Source of the DNA: Bacteroidaceae bacterium
GTDB lineage: Bacteria > Bacteroidota > Bacteroidia > Bacteroidales > Bacteroidaceae
Direction of reading: 5' to 3'
Assembly: GCA_900768625.1 (NCBI GenBank)
Contig: CAAGDO010000304.1
Coordinates: 617 to 64,616, forward strand
DNA length: 64,000 nucleotides
The notes under the pieces were generated by a model, which was not told the DNA's origin, searched no databases, and worked only from the letters and a program-made list of their open reading frames with translations. Below, piece by piece: positions 23,088 to 34,486 of the stretch. Numbering within the stretch: the first letter of the stretch is position 1; each line of letters begins with the position of its first letter. The position numbers were made by a program, and so were the translations under genes.

Positions 23088-23116
23088 GAGTGTAGGAGTG
23101 CTGATGGGTTTGCAAT

Positions 23117-23152
23117 AAAAAAGAAGCAACGCTTCTGTTTGCATTGCTTCTT
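23117..23152 (-). terminator. Intrinsic terminator of the tRNA-Asp-Cys-Cys transcript
   Basis: Minus strand AAGAAGCAATGC...GCGTTGCTTCTTTTTT. Confidence 0.75.
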
Positions 23153-23169
23153 GATTGACTGTTTGATGT

Positions 23170-23243
23170 TGGAGGTACCCAGCAGATTCGAACTGCTGTA
23201 CACGGTTTTGCAGACCGCTACCTAGCCACTCGGTCAGGGTACC
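23170..23243 (-). tRNA. tRNA-Cys(GCA), CCA encoded
   Basis: GGTACCCTGACCGAGTGGCTAGGTAGCGGTCTGCAAAACCG...GTTCGAATCTGCTGGGTACCT-CCA. Confidence 0.95.
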
Positions 23244-23279
23244 ATGTTTTGCTCTTTTGAGCTTTATTGCTTGCATTTG

Positions 23280-23350
23280 AGGTACCCAGCAGATTCGAAC
23301 TGCTGTACACGGTTTTGCAGACCGCTACCTAGCCACTCGGTCAGGGTACC
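23280..23350 (-). tRNA. tRNA-Cys(GCA), identical second copy, CCA not encoded
   Basis: 71-nt sequence identical to 23173-23243. Confidence 0.95.
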
Positions 23351-23370
23351 AATTTTTGTTCTATAATCAG

Positions 23371-23444
23371 CGGTGCGTACGGGACTCGAACCCGTGACCC
23401 CATGCGTGACAGGCATGTATTCTAACCAGCTGAACTAACGCACC
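23371..23444 (-). tRNA. tRNA-Asp(GTC)
   Basis: GGTGCGTTAGTTCAGCTGGTTAGAATA CATGC CTGTCAC GCATG...GGTTCGAGTCCC. Confidence 0.95.
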
Positions 23445-23484
23445 ATTGAGCGATTTGCATTGTTTCAAAATGCTCTGTTGCTCA

Positions 23485-23502
23485 TTTGCGAGTGCAAAGG
23501 TA
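23485..23502 (-). promoter_or_regulatory. Promoter of the tRNA-Asp-Cys-Cys operon
   Basis: TACCTTTG -7 box followed by CACTCGCAAA. Confidence 0.7.
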
Positions 23503-23543
23503 CGACTTTTTGTTGAATGCGCAAATTTTTTGTATGAAAATTT

Positions 23544-24062
23544 TCATAAGATTTTTTGCAACAGTCTCACTGTTTCGTATCCCTTGTCATGATAATGCCA
23601 TTCGGGAAGGTCTGCAATATGTTGATAACCAGCGTTTATGAAGGTTTTGATGGCGTGTTCGTTCCGTTTCGATATGAGGGCATAAAGTTGGTGGAGGCGT
23701 AGCCGTTCTTGTGCGATACGAGCCACAAGATGGAGCGCACGTGTGCCGTATCCGTGTTCGCGTTCGTTGTGGAGAAGAGCGATTCCGACTTCAGCCTTGG
23801 CATTGATAAAGTCTATATCTGTGAGATCAATCATGCCTATTGTGCGTGACGTTCCTTTTTCGCCTATTTCGATGGCCATACGTAGTTCCTGTATTTCGGA
23901 TACGGGGCGCATCGATGAAAGATATTTCCGAAGCACATGTCGGGAGTATGGGGCGTCTGAGGAGGATGTGTCCCAAAGTGTGGGGTCATTCTCAATAGCG
24001 TAGACGAGTTCGAGGTCTTCTGGCTCAATGGGGCGGATGCGTACGGGAGGAATGGCTGTCAT
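23544..24062 (-). CDS. GNAT acetyltransferase (SpeG/RimJ-like)
   Basis: IRPIEPEDL...IGMIDL..ID..N.KAEVGI....R.HGYG...LHQLYA...N..A...F...GY. Confidence 0.85.
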   Translation of the reverse strand: MTAIPPVRIRPIEPEDLELVYAIENDPTLWDTSSSDAPYSRHVLRKYLSSMRPVSEIQELRMAIEIGEKGTSRTIGMIDLTDIDFINAKAEVGIALLHNEREHGYGTRALHLVARIAQERLRLHQLYALISKRNEHAIKTFINAGYQHIADLPEWHYHDKGYETVRLLQKIL

Positions 24063-24087
24063 GAATGGATGGTTGTGTGGTGAAGGC

Positions 24088-25302
24088 TCAATCGTTGAGT
24101 GTGTAGACCTTGTCACCGGTGAGAAGGAGTCCTTGTTCGGGCCAGTAGGTGCCTATGTGGTTGCGGCAGGGGTTGTTGTTTTCAAAGAGGTCAAGAATAC
24201 GCCCAATGGGGAAGCCTTGTGTGTCGTAGACCACTTGCACGTATTTGGCTGAGGATTTGGTCGTTGTTTCAGCGTGACCCTGGGGAAGGGACTTGACGTC
24301 GGCTTCAATGCAGTCAATGTCGAGTCCATAGGCTTCAGCAATCTGACGGATGTCGGATGTGGAATGACCGATGTAGAGCATACGTTGGGCTTTGTGGAAA
24401 CTTCTTGGATAGAGGAATTTCCGCAAGAGACGGCATTGCTGGCCGACGAGCGAAACCAATGCGCTCATGATGATGGCAGCCTTGATGGGGATCGAGAAGG
24501 TGAGAGAATAGTGCTGATAGTGCTTGCGGAAGAAGATGAGCATAGCCTCGTAGAACACGTGCACATAGTTGAAGGAGTTCTTGTGGGTGCTCTCTCCTTT
24601 GTAGTGGAGAATCGGGGTCGGGATGTAGTAGTTTTGCAGACCATTCTTCAGAAGGCGGAAAGAGAGGTCAATGTCTTCTCCGTACATGAAGAATTCTTCA
24701 TCGAAAGAGCCGGTTTTGCGAAGGGATTCAGTGGGGATGAGCATGAAGGCACCTGAAACAATATCTATAGGGGCTTTGATGTCTTTGCTGAAGCTTTGCA
24801 TGTAGTATCGTCCGAACACGCGACTGTGGGGGAATAGACGCAGCAGGCCACTCATCTTGCAGAAAGCTGCCCATGGGGAGGGTACGCCTCGTCGTGATTC
24901 GGGGGCAAATTGTCCGTTGGTGTGTAGCATCTTGACTCCGATTCCTCCGAACTTCTCATGCTGACGGGCTTCTGTCAGTACGTCTGCCAGAGTGTGTTCC
25001 GTCAGGAGGGTATCAGGGTTAAGGAAAAGAATGTATTTTCCCGTTGCCATGCGCACGGCTTGATTGTTGGCTCGTCCGAAGCCAACATTGCGTTTGTTGG
25101 CAATGATTCGCACGTTGGGGGTGCGCGTGGGGTTGAATTGCTGGCGGAGGTAACTGACAGTGCCGTCTTTCGAGAAGTTGTCGACCACGAAGATTTCGAT
25201 GCTACTGATGTCAATGCCTTGTGAACGGAAGATGGAGTGAAGGCATTGTTCAATGTAGTACTTTACGTTGTAGCTGACAATGATGATTGATATTTCCTTC
25301 AT
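24088..25302 (-). CDS. Family 2 glycosyltransferase
   Basis: ISIIIVSYN, VVDN.S.DG, NVGFGRANN, LFLNPD, FDEEFFMYGEDID, LHYKGES. Confidence 0.9.
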   Translation of the reverse strand: MKEISIIIVSYNVKYYIEQCLHSIFRSQGIDISSIEIFVVDNFSKDGTVSYLRQQFNPTRTPNVRIIANKRNVGFGRANNQAVRMATGKYILFLNPDTLLTEHTLADVLTEARQHEKFGGIGVKMLHTNGQFAPESRRGVPSPWAAFCKMSGLLRLFPHSRVFGRYYMQSFSKDIKAPIDIVSGAFMLIPTESLRKTGSFDEEFFMYGEDIDLSFRLLKNGLQNYYIPTPILHYKGESTHKNSFNYVHVFYEAMLIFFRKHYQHYSLTFSIPIKAAIIMSALVSLVGQQCRLLRKFLYPRSFHKAQRMLYIGHSTSDIRQIAEAYGLDIDCIEADVKSLPQGHAETTTKSSAKYVQVVYDTQGFPIGRILDLFENNNPCRNHIGTYWPEQGLLLTGDKVYTLND

Positions 25303-25517
25303 GTGTTACGGGGAAAGTGGAGAATGGGGGTGGTGGAAAATACCATGTCTTGTGGATGTGGTATGGAGTTCGGATTCCACCATGATATAATGAGATGTAT
25401 GCATCCTTTGCGGGGCAAAGGCACTTGATGGGGTGTTGAGGTTGTGTCTTGGAACTGCAGGAAGGCGGTTTCGTCACCTGACAGACAGGGCCTTACTATA
25501 AAAACGAGTCTTGGAGT

Positions 25518-25922
25518 TTAAGCTTCTCCGTCTTTTGGCCAACAGAAGACAAATCCTACGATTGCAATGAGCATGCAGTAGAGAGGTGTGGTGTGAAGGG
25601 TTGCGTAGTAAGTCGCCAAATTGAAGAGGATCGCCACGGACATGATTGTTGTGCGGATGTTATTCCATCTGCAGAGCTGTTTTTTGCTTTCGTCAGTTTG
25701 GATTTGCTTCTTGACTCCAGGAAAGGTGAAGAGGCGCAGGGATATCCATGTGCCTCCTATGCCCATCAAGATGCAGGTAAGCGTGATGGCGTACATGCTT
25801 TCCGCTGTGGGAGTGATATATTGCGTGGGGAGGATTTCTGCTTCGGAAAGTCCTGCAAGCATGAGAAATATGGCCCATGCTCCGAGATAGAATGCCCGGG
25901 CGTGGAAGAGCTGATTTTTCAT
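25518..25922 (-). CDS. Hypothetical membrane protein
   Basis: 134 aa with about four hydrophobic segments; co-oriented with neighbours. Confidence 0.65.
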   Translation of the reverse strand: MKNQLFHARAFYLGAWAIFLMLAGLSEAEILPTQYITPTAESMYAITLTCILMGIGGTWISLRLFTFPGVKKQIQTDESKKQLCRWNNIRTTIMSVAILFNLATYYATLHTTPLYCMLIAIVGFVFCWPKDGEA

Positions 25923-26018
25923 TTGAGTGAGCGTTGTTGGTTATTCCTATGAACGGAAAAGCGCGGGTTTTATTGTGATGACAAGGTGGGGTGTGTGGAC
26001 CTGTGATTTGTGTCCATT

Positions 26019-26633
26019 CTAATTCTTGAGTGGTGTACGTCCGATGAGAGATTGTCCCAATGTGACTTCGTCAGTGTATTCCAGGTCATCGCCAACGCTT
26101 ACGCCTCGGGCGAGTACGGAGATCTTCACGCCAGAGTCTGCCAGTTTTCGCGAGATATAGAAGTTGGTCGTATCGCCCTCCATGGTGGGGTTGAGTGCAA
26201 GGATGATTTCTTTTACTTCTCCCTGTGCGACCCTTTCGAACAGTGAGTCGAGTTCAATATCGCTGGGGCCGACTCCGTCCATTGGGGAAATGACACCACC
26301 CAACACGTGATAGAGACCTTGGAACTGACCCGTGTTTTCAATCGACATGACGCTATGGATGTTTTCAACCACGCAGATGACGGATTTGTCGCGGTGGGGA
26401 TTGGAGCAGATGTCGCAAGTCTCTGTGTCTGAAATGTTGTGACAGACGCAGCAATGCTTCACGTCATCGCGTAGACGGATGAGGCTTTGGCTGAATCCGT
26501 GGACGGTTTCGCTTTTTTGGTTGAGCAGGTAGAGTGCGAAGCGGAGTGCTGTTTTCCTTCCCACTCCTGGCAGACGGGTGAGTTCCTGAACGGCTTGTTC
26601 GAGGAGTTTCGAGGGGTATTGTTCGTAAGTCAT
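26019..26633 (-). CDS. recR: Recombination mediator RecR
   Basis: [11 protein letters not shown]4 zinc finger, YHVLGG.ISP.DG, Toprim EGDTT. Confidence 0.97.
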   Translation of the reverse strand: MTYEQYPSKLLEQAVQELTRLPGVGRKTALRFALYLLNQKSETVHGFSQSLIRLRDDVKHCCVCHNISDTETCDICSNPHRDKSVICVVENIHSVMSIENTGQFQGLYHVLGGVISPMDGVGPSDIELDSLFERVAQGEVKEIILALNPTMEGDTTNFYISRKLADSGVKISVLARGVSVGDDLEYTDEVTLGQSLIGRTPLKN

Positions 26634-26674
26634 CAGCTGGCAGAGGTTGGACGGTATAAATGATGGTTACACAC

Positions 26675-26720
26675 CTTTTGCGTACTCCGGTGACCGCAGG
26701 GTCACTGGAGCACGCAAAAG
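26675..26720. terminator. Long hairpin between trmD and recR
   Basis: CTTTTGCGTACTCCGGTGACC / GGTCACTGGAGCACGCAAAAG, 21-bp stem with 2 mismatches. Confidence 0.5.
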
Positions 26721-26749
26721 AAGTTGTGGGGAATAAATGGTCGGTTTTT

Positions 26750-27427
26750 TTATTTTTCAAGGAGGTCGGGACGCAAACGCTTTGTGCGCTCAAGGCTTTG
26801 CTGAAGCTCCCATTCCTTGATTTTCGCCTCATGACCTGAAAGCAAGATGTCGGGCACTTTCCAGCCTTTGTAGTCTGCTGGACGGGAATAGACGGGTGCA
26901 GCGAGGAGATTGTCTTGGAATGAGTCACTCAGGGCGCTCTGTTCATCGCTGAGCACGCCTGGTACAAGGCGTACGATGGCATCACTCATCACAGCTGATG
27001 CAAGTTCACCACCTGTCAGCACATAGTCGCCGATGCTCACTTCCTTTGTGATGAGGTGTTCGCGGATGCGATAGTCGATGCCTTTGTAGTGGCCACAAAG
27101 GATGATGATGTTCTTTTTGAGCGAAAGCTCATTGGCCATCGGTTGGTCAAACTGTTCGCCATCAGGGGTCGTGAAGATGATTTCGTCGTAGTCACGTTCG
27201 GCCTTGAGGGCACTGATGCAAGCGTCAATGGGCTGACATTGCATGACCATGCCGGCAAAGCCCCCGAAAGGGTAGTCGTCGACCCTGCGGTGTTTGTCAG
27301 TGGTGTAGTCGCGGAGGTTATGGACATGAATTTCCACAAGTCCTTTCTTCTGGGCTCTGGCAAGGATAGAGGTGTTGACAAAGCCGTCAAGCATTTCAGG
27401 CAACACCGTTATAATGTCTATACGCAT
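26750..27427 (-). CDS. trmD: tRNA (guanine37-N1)-methyltransferase
   Basis: [42 protein letters not shown]. Confidence 0.97.
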   Translation of the reverse strand: MRIDIITVLPEMLDGFVNTSILARAQKKGLVEIHVHNLRDYTTDKHRRVDDYPFGGFAGMVMQCQPIDACISALKAERDYDEIIFTTPDGEQFDQPMANELSLKKNIIILCGHYKGIDYRIREHLITKEVSIGDYVLTGGELASAVMSDAIVRLVPGVLSDEQSALSDSFQDNLLAAPVYSRPADYKGWKVPDILLSGHEAKIKEWELQQSLERTKRLRPDLLEK

Positions 27428-27616
27428 ATAGGGTTGAATGTATACGTTGATGAGGTTAATCTGCAGCTTCTTTCGCTTGCTGTGTGAAGGGCGTCTCGTT
27501 GGACGAGTTGCGGAGAGTTGCTATTTTGAAGGGCAAATTTACGAATATCTTGGCTGAATTTGCTATTTTTGCGTAGAAATTACGCTTCGTTGTGGTGTTT
27601 GGCGTGCAACGGATGA

Positions 27617-29710
<2,094 letters not shown>

Positions 29711-29963
29711 GAAGGATACCCCTTGCGGTGGCATGCTCGACAGAATAGATTCTTTTTGTTCAGAGTCATGCTCAGAAAAAACGCCTTCCGCAACATTGCT
29801 GCGACGAAGAGGCTCAGATGGAATAGTGTCCAAAACTCAATTCCAGTGTGCATCTTGCATGCCTTCATGTCAGAGTCGCAGTATGTAAACAGCGGAAGGC
29901 GTTTTTTGAACATTTCTTTGGGATGAAATAGAGATATGACTTGGTATAAGCCAACGTGTACCA

Positions 29964-30660
29964 CCCCGTGCAATGAATCCCATTCATTCGGCTTCGCCCA
30001 GTTGGGCGGTGCAGCTGGAAGGTATGGGGAAATTTATGGGCATTACGTGTCGGTTCTATTTTTCTTTCAGCTTCTTTGAAAGGGGAAGGGATGGAGTGAT
30101 GATTGGTTTATTTATCGGAATTTGTACAGTGGGTGAGGGGTTAAAAGTTTCCGCCACTATTGCTGTTACAGACACTATTGCCAAGCGTGCGTTTTTTGGC
30201 AGAAAAATAATTAGTGTTGATAATCAGGATTATAGATGCTTTTTATGGTTGTTAAGAAACCGCTTATAAATAGCTTTATTTGTTGTTCTAAATGGCGGAT
30301 TGATGATAATGGAAATAGAAGGGTGTATCATCATATATGTTTGATTGAGGGGGTTAAAATACCCTTATGGATCTATGCCTATATAGTAGCAGTCTGGAGT
30401 TATGATGGATAAGAAGGATAGTTATAAGTCAGACTCTGAGAAAGCCCTGTAACTTTCTCCTTCGATAGGTGTTGTGCGTTTATGGTGTATTGACACTCCA
30501 TGAAATATGAATCCGACAAATAGAACAATGGGTGGGGTGTTGCTTGAAAAATACTATCATTTTACTAAGTTTCTGATATATAGAGAGTTATGAGTTGTCG
30601 CCAAAATATACACGCTTGGCAATAGTGTCTGTAGCGGGATTAACGTCAGAAACTTTTTAA
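29964..30660. repeat. Non-coding module B, copy 1, including ~60-bp imperfect inverted repeats (30141-30200 / 30600-30660)
   Basis: Homologous in blocks to 61272-61764; perfect 23-bp IR core TACAGACACTATTGCCAAGCGTG at 30167-30189 and 30611-30633. Confidence 0.8.
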
Positions 30661-30955
30661 AGCTGAAAAGTTTTCTTGATTCCTGAAATCCGACAAATAT
30701 TCTAATCTGTCAATCTGTAGGCTTTCACCTGGTACACCAAAAGAAGCAGAAAGCATCATCTCTCCTTTTGTCAATAAAAATTTTAAACAAAGAGCGAAGC
30801 ACCTCAATGAATACATAAGATTTCGGTTCCATGAACATCGATCTCTCCGACTTGTTCAAGGCAGAAGTTGAAGCGGTGCAGTTGCTGCATATGGCATGAA
30901 AACTCTGGAAACGTGTATTTCTGTGTTTCATAAGCCTTCTCTGTGACAAAGAAGC

Positions 30956-31002
30956 AAGGGTGGCTGTGCAACGTCACTCAGTGGCGTTGCACAGCCACCC
31001 TT
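30956..31002. terminator. Strong hairpin downstream of the beta-barrel gene
   Basis: AAGGGTGGCTGTGCAACG / CGTTGCACAGCCACCCTT perfect 18-bp stem. Confidence 0.55.
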
Positions 31003-31148
31003 TCCCGTGAAAAACAGCTCGTAGAGGATATTCCGACATCCCGAGTCAGAACCAGGCTTCAATCCGATGATAAAAAAGCGGCATCACATGTCAGGAGATG
31101 CCCCTTGAGCGCTTTCAATTTTGATGTCCACTGCATGAACCTTTGTTG

Positions 31149-33191
31149 CTATTTCAAGATACCGTTGTCAGAGTCATGGAGGTTGATTGTTTTATCTGCC
31201 GTAAGATGCTTGCGGCCATGGTCCAGACGCCAGGAGAAGTTCAGCGAAACTAGGTTTCCGTTGCTTTTGGAATAGCCGATGGTATGCTTGTAGAGATTGC
31301 AGTTTAGCAACTCGTTCTCGTATGATTTGTAATGGCTGTTGAATGGATTGGCCCATGAGATTGCAATTTGCCAGTTTCGTTGTTTGTATGATGCTTTCAG
31401 AATCGAATAGGCTCCACTATAGCCTTTTGATTCGCCCTCCATGAATCGATTTCCATTATCCAGATAGCCTTGCAACGTGAAGTTCCCGAGATAAGCAGTG
31501 ATGTTGCCGGCATAGAACCACGAAGTGTAGCAATGTGTGTAGTCATAGCCGAAATTGAAGCACCTGAAAATGCCTCCATTGGCTGCAATTTGAAGTTTTT
31601 CAGGCAGAATCCAATAACTGATGTATGCCATGACGTTCAACACATCTATTTCCTTCTGGTTTGTTTGAGTATAGATGAATTGATTGTCAGCGGTTCGTTC
31701 ATAATGTGCCATGTTGGGCTTGAAGCATTGTTTGAAGTAACCGTCGACGAAGGTTTGCAAGCGGTTGGTGTTGTATGAGAATTGGAGTCGATGGTCCATA
31801 TCGTGCGAAGGTTTCAAATCGGGGTTACCAGCCGTCCATTCCATGCTATTGATGCGAATCATAGCGTCGCTCGTCATGGCAATTCGAGACACTCTGTCTT
31901 TCATCTGGCAGGTATATCTCAACTGCATGCTATTGTTGATGTTATAGGCCAATGATGCCTTTGGATGGAAGGTCCAGAAGTCATATAAATGGCGGTTTTG
32001 TGCGTAATGTATATAGCTTGTGCCCGCTCCCAATGCGTAGGAAAACGGTCGGATGGTTCCCTTGATCTCAGCAAATGTATACAATCTGTTGTTGTTTGTC
32101 TTGGTCAAGGAGGAGGCATCGCCTAAATAGGCATTCTTCGTGTGTTTATAGCTATAGTTCAGACCTGATGACAGCGTGAAGGGTTCTAGTCTGTTCTCAT
32201 AAACGACCTCCGTGAGTAGGGAGGCGGTCTTGCCGTCAACATCATATTGATAAGGGGTTCCTTCGTTGTTGAAACTGCTGCTCTGTGTGGAGATATATGT
32301 TCCCACAGCATTGGCCGTGACAGACTGTCGTGAAGAAAACTGATGGAAGAAGTAAATATCCAATATGGGGGAATGGCTTGTGTTCTCATCCAGGCTGGTT
32401 GCTCTGTATGGGTGTGTGCCGTCCACAATGTCCTTTACGGTATAGTTGTCAGGGGAATTGTTGAATGTTCCACTCAATGAAGCTTGTAAAACGGTTGCCG
32501 TCGAGTCTGCCCAGTTGTAGGTTAGTTTAGCGTTGTTTGAGATGGATTTACGTAAGGATTCAACATCGTTTCGTTCGATGACATAGGTGCTGCCGTCCGT
32601 CAAGGTGTACTCAGCAAGCTGTTTGCTCTTTTCATTTTGAGTTTTATACCCGTTCGCATGATACGAGAGGGACCATTCACTTTTGCTCCTGTTCCATTTT
32701 CCGTACAATATGCCTTCGCCTTGCAAGGTGGAAAGTGCCGTCGTAAGGTCCGTGCCAACAGTGTAACCATGTTCGCTACGACGTGTGACAATGTCTATGA
32801 CATAGGCTGTACTCTCCCCATATCGTATGCCAGGATTGTCGATGAAGTTGATTTTTGAAATCGTCTTAGGGTCAAGCGAGAGCATCTCTTCTTTACCAGC
32901 TACAATACCATTGATTCTTATCTGTACAGAACCTGAGCCATCTATGGCTGAAATGGAATGGGATACGTCGTCAATGCGTATGCGGGGCAAAGAGAGTTTC
33001 TGGAGAATGCCATAACCATTGCTTGATGCCTCTTTCTGAGCCATCGTCGGATAAATGGTCATGCCGTCTGCCTTTTTGACCACATGGCCTGCCTTGACAG
33101 TAACTTCGTTGAGCGTGACGGATTTGTTTGTTTCTTGAGCGTTGCCTAAACATGCAGACAACAGAAATAGAAGAGTGATCAAGTGTTTCAT
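31149..33191 (-). CDS. Outer-membrane beta-barrel protein (TonB-dependent receptor-like)
   Basis: Signal peptide, TLNEVTVKA, plug-like LQKLSLPRI...IRING, GNPDLKPS, aromatic-rich beta strands. Confidence 0.8.
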   Translation of the reverse strand: MKHLITLLFLLSACLGNAQETNKSVTLNEVTVKAGHVVKKADGMTIYPTMAQKEASSNGYGILQKLSLPRIRIDDVSHSISAIDGSGSVQIRINGIVAGKEEMLSLDPKTISKINFIDNPGIRYGESTAYVIDIVTRRSEHGYTVGTDLTTALSTLQGEGILYGKWNRSKSEWSLSYHANGYKTQNEKSKQLAEYTLTDGSTYVIERNDVESLRKSISNNAKLTYNWADSTATVLQASLSGTFNNSPDNYTVKDIVDGTHPYRATSLDENTSHSPILDIYFFHQFSSRQSVTANAVGTYISTQSSSFNNEGTPYQYDVDGKTASLLTEVVYENRLEPFTLSSGLNYSYKHTKNAYLGDASSLTKTNNNRLYTFAEIKGTIRPFSYALGAGTSYIHYAQNRHLYDFWTFHPKASLAYNINNSMQLRYTCQMKDRVSRIAMTSDAMIRINSMEWTAGNPDLKPSHDMDHRLQFSYNTNRLQTFVDGYFKQCFKPNMAHYERTADNQFIYTQTNQKEIDVLNVMAYISYWILPEKLQIAANGGIFRCFNFGYDYTHCYTSWFYAGNITAYLGNFTLQGYLDNGNRFMEGESKGYSGAYSILKASYKQRNWQIAISWANPFNSHYKSYENELLNCNLYKHTIGYSKSNGNLVSLNFSWRLDHGRKHLTADKTINLHDSDNGILK

Positions 33192-33215
33192 TTCGCACTA
33201 ATTTTAATTTTGGTG

Positions 33216-33283
33216 CGAAGGTAGGACTATAGAAGGGGACGGCCTGTTTATTTGGCTGACATTTGTCTGACATTTTGCTGACA
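33216..33283 (-). promoter_or_regulatory. Promoter with three tandem TGTCAG operator repeats
   Basis: CTGACA at 33256, 33267, 33278 (exact 11-bp period); near-consensus -7 box TACCTTCG at 33216-33223. Confidence 0.7.
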
Positions 33284-33293
33284 ATGGGCCTAA

Positions 33294-33992
33294 CTATTTG
33301 ATTTTCAGTGTATAGCTTTTGCCTCTATCTGATTCGATTCTGAGGTTACTATATTCTTCTATGATTGGTTTTATACGGCGAATCAAGGTGTAGAGGGTGT
33401 CGCTGGCATCAGGCTTCTTTGGCCACAACGCGTCGCAAATTTCCTGCTTGGTCAGTGTATGGTTTTCTTTAGTCATGAACATCTCCAAGAGGGTGTGTTG
33501 CATAGGGGTAAGACGAATCCGTTCACCAGAAGAATCGATGAATTCGTTCTCGTGGAATACAATGCCACCATATGATATGCCAAGTGAAGTCCATTCTGGT
33601 TTGTTTCTTTTTAAATGCCACAGGCTACCCAGCAAGCATAGAATTGCAGCAAAGAATAAGGAGCTGGAAGCCTTCTGATTTGACATCCTGAATATGGTCA
33701 GGCCATCACAGTTAGCCTCTGCTATCAGTGTGGTTACAATTTGGTCGTCTTTACGCACAGCACGCATTGAAATGCCTGCTGTGTCCTTTATTTCAGAAAT
33801 GGTGAGATGGTTCCTATAGCAACGGATGGTATCTGCTGTGACCACATCGTTTGGCATCTTTCTCAGTGTTTGCTCCAATGCCTGATTGACATCTGCAACA
33901 ATCATGGCTTCCGTGGCATGGTAACTGTTTATGCCTGAACATACAGCACTAAGCATAAGGAAGCAAAAGAGTATGTAGGGGAGTAGCTTCAT
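33294..33992 (-). CDS. Membrane-anchored transcriptional regulator with C-terminal OmpR/PhoB-type winged helix
   Basis: Two hydrophobic segments flanking a ~85-aa domain; IRLTPMQHTLLEMF...LTKQEICDALWP...TLYTLIRRIK...IESDRGKSYTL. Confidence 0.85.
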   Translation of the reverse strand: MKLLPYILFCFLMLSAVCSGINSYHATEAMIVADVNQALEQTLRKMPNDVVTADTIRCYRNHLTISEIKDTAGISMRAVRKDDQIVTTLIAEANCDGLTIFRMSNQKASSSLFFAAILCLLGSLWHLKRNKPEWTSLGISYGGIVFHENEFIDSSGERIRLTPMQHTLLEMFMTKENHTLTKQEICDALWPKKPDASDTLYTLIRRIKPIIEEYSNLRIESDRGKSYTLKIK

Positions 33993-34317
33993 GTTTCAAG
34001 TATTGTGGAATAAGAAACGATCAGTTCATGGGGGCATATGGTTGCCGTGGAGGTTGTCATTCCAAGAACTCTTTGCAAAGTTGCTCATAAAGTTTGAATT
34101 TTCGTAATTCATCTTTGCGTTTAACATCTGTTTAAATCCTTATACATCTATGGCCTTATTCGCTTTTGTCTTTTACGGTATGGGCATTAGCTCAAGACTT
34201 TCTCTATTCTCATTTCATCCACATGAGTGTCAAGAAGAAACTGTTCTTTGTCTCTTGTGGGGTCTTTGTCCGTAAGTGAACAGCCCTAAATCGATATGCT
34301 TCATTTCTCCTGTTTTT

Positions 34318-34399
34318 GGGTGACACTTCGGGTGACACTTGGGTGACAGATAAGGGGCAGATCGGTTAAAAATAAGCCCTAATAAGCCTATAATAGGCC
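34318..34399. repeat. Two sets of short tandem repeats (GGGTGACA x3; AATARGCC x3)
   Basis: GGGTGACA at 34318, 34330, 34341; AATAAGCC at 34371, 34381 and AATAGGCC at 34392. Confidence 0.7.
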
Positions 34400-34424
34400 A
34401 CGGGGATGCAATCCTTATAAACGC

Positions 34425-34455
34425 AGCAAAGCCGCTGAAAAACAGCGGCTTTGCT
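34425..34455 (-). terminator. Hairpin after nqrF
   Basis: AGCAAAGCCGCTG-AAAAA-CAGCGGCTTTGCT perfect 13-bp stem about 30 nt after the nqrF stop. Confidence 0.65.
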
Positions 34456-34486
34456 AATGATTTGTATGAGTTTTCGTGGTCTGTTA

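Noticed and set aside
23088..23276. ORF-track extension of queD
   Set aside because: It overlaps tRNA-Cys and its terminator.
29723..30949. Short ORFs after ligA (29723-29926, 29973-30269, 30725-30949)
   Set aside because: No recognisable motifs; one overlaps non-coding module B and its frame is not kept in the second copy.
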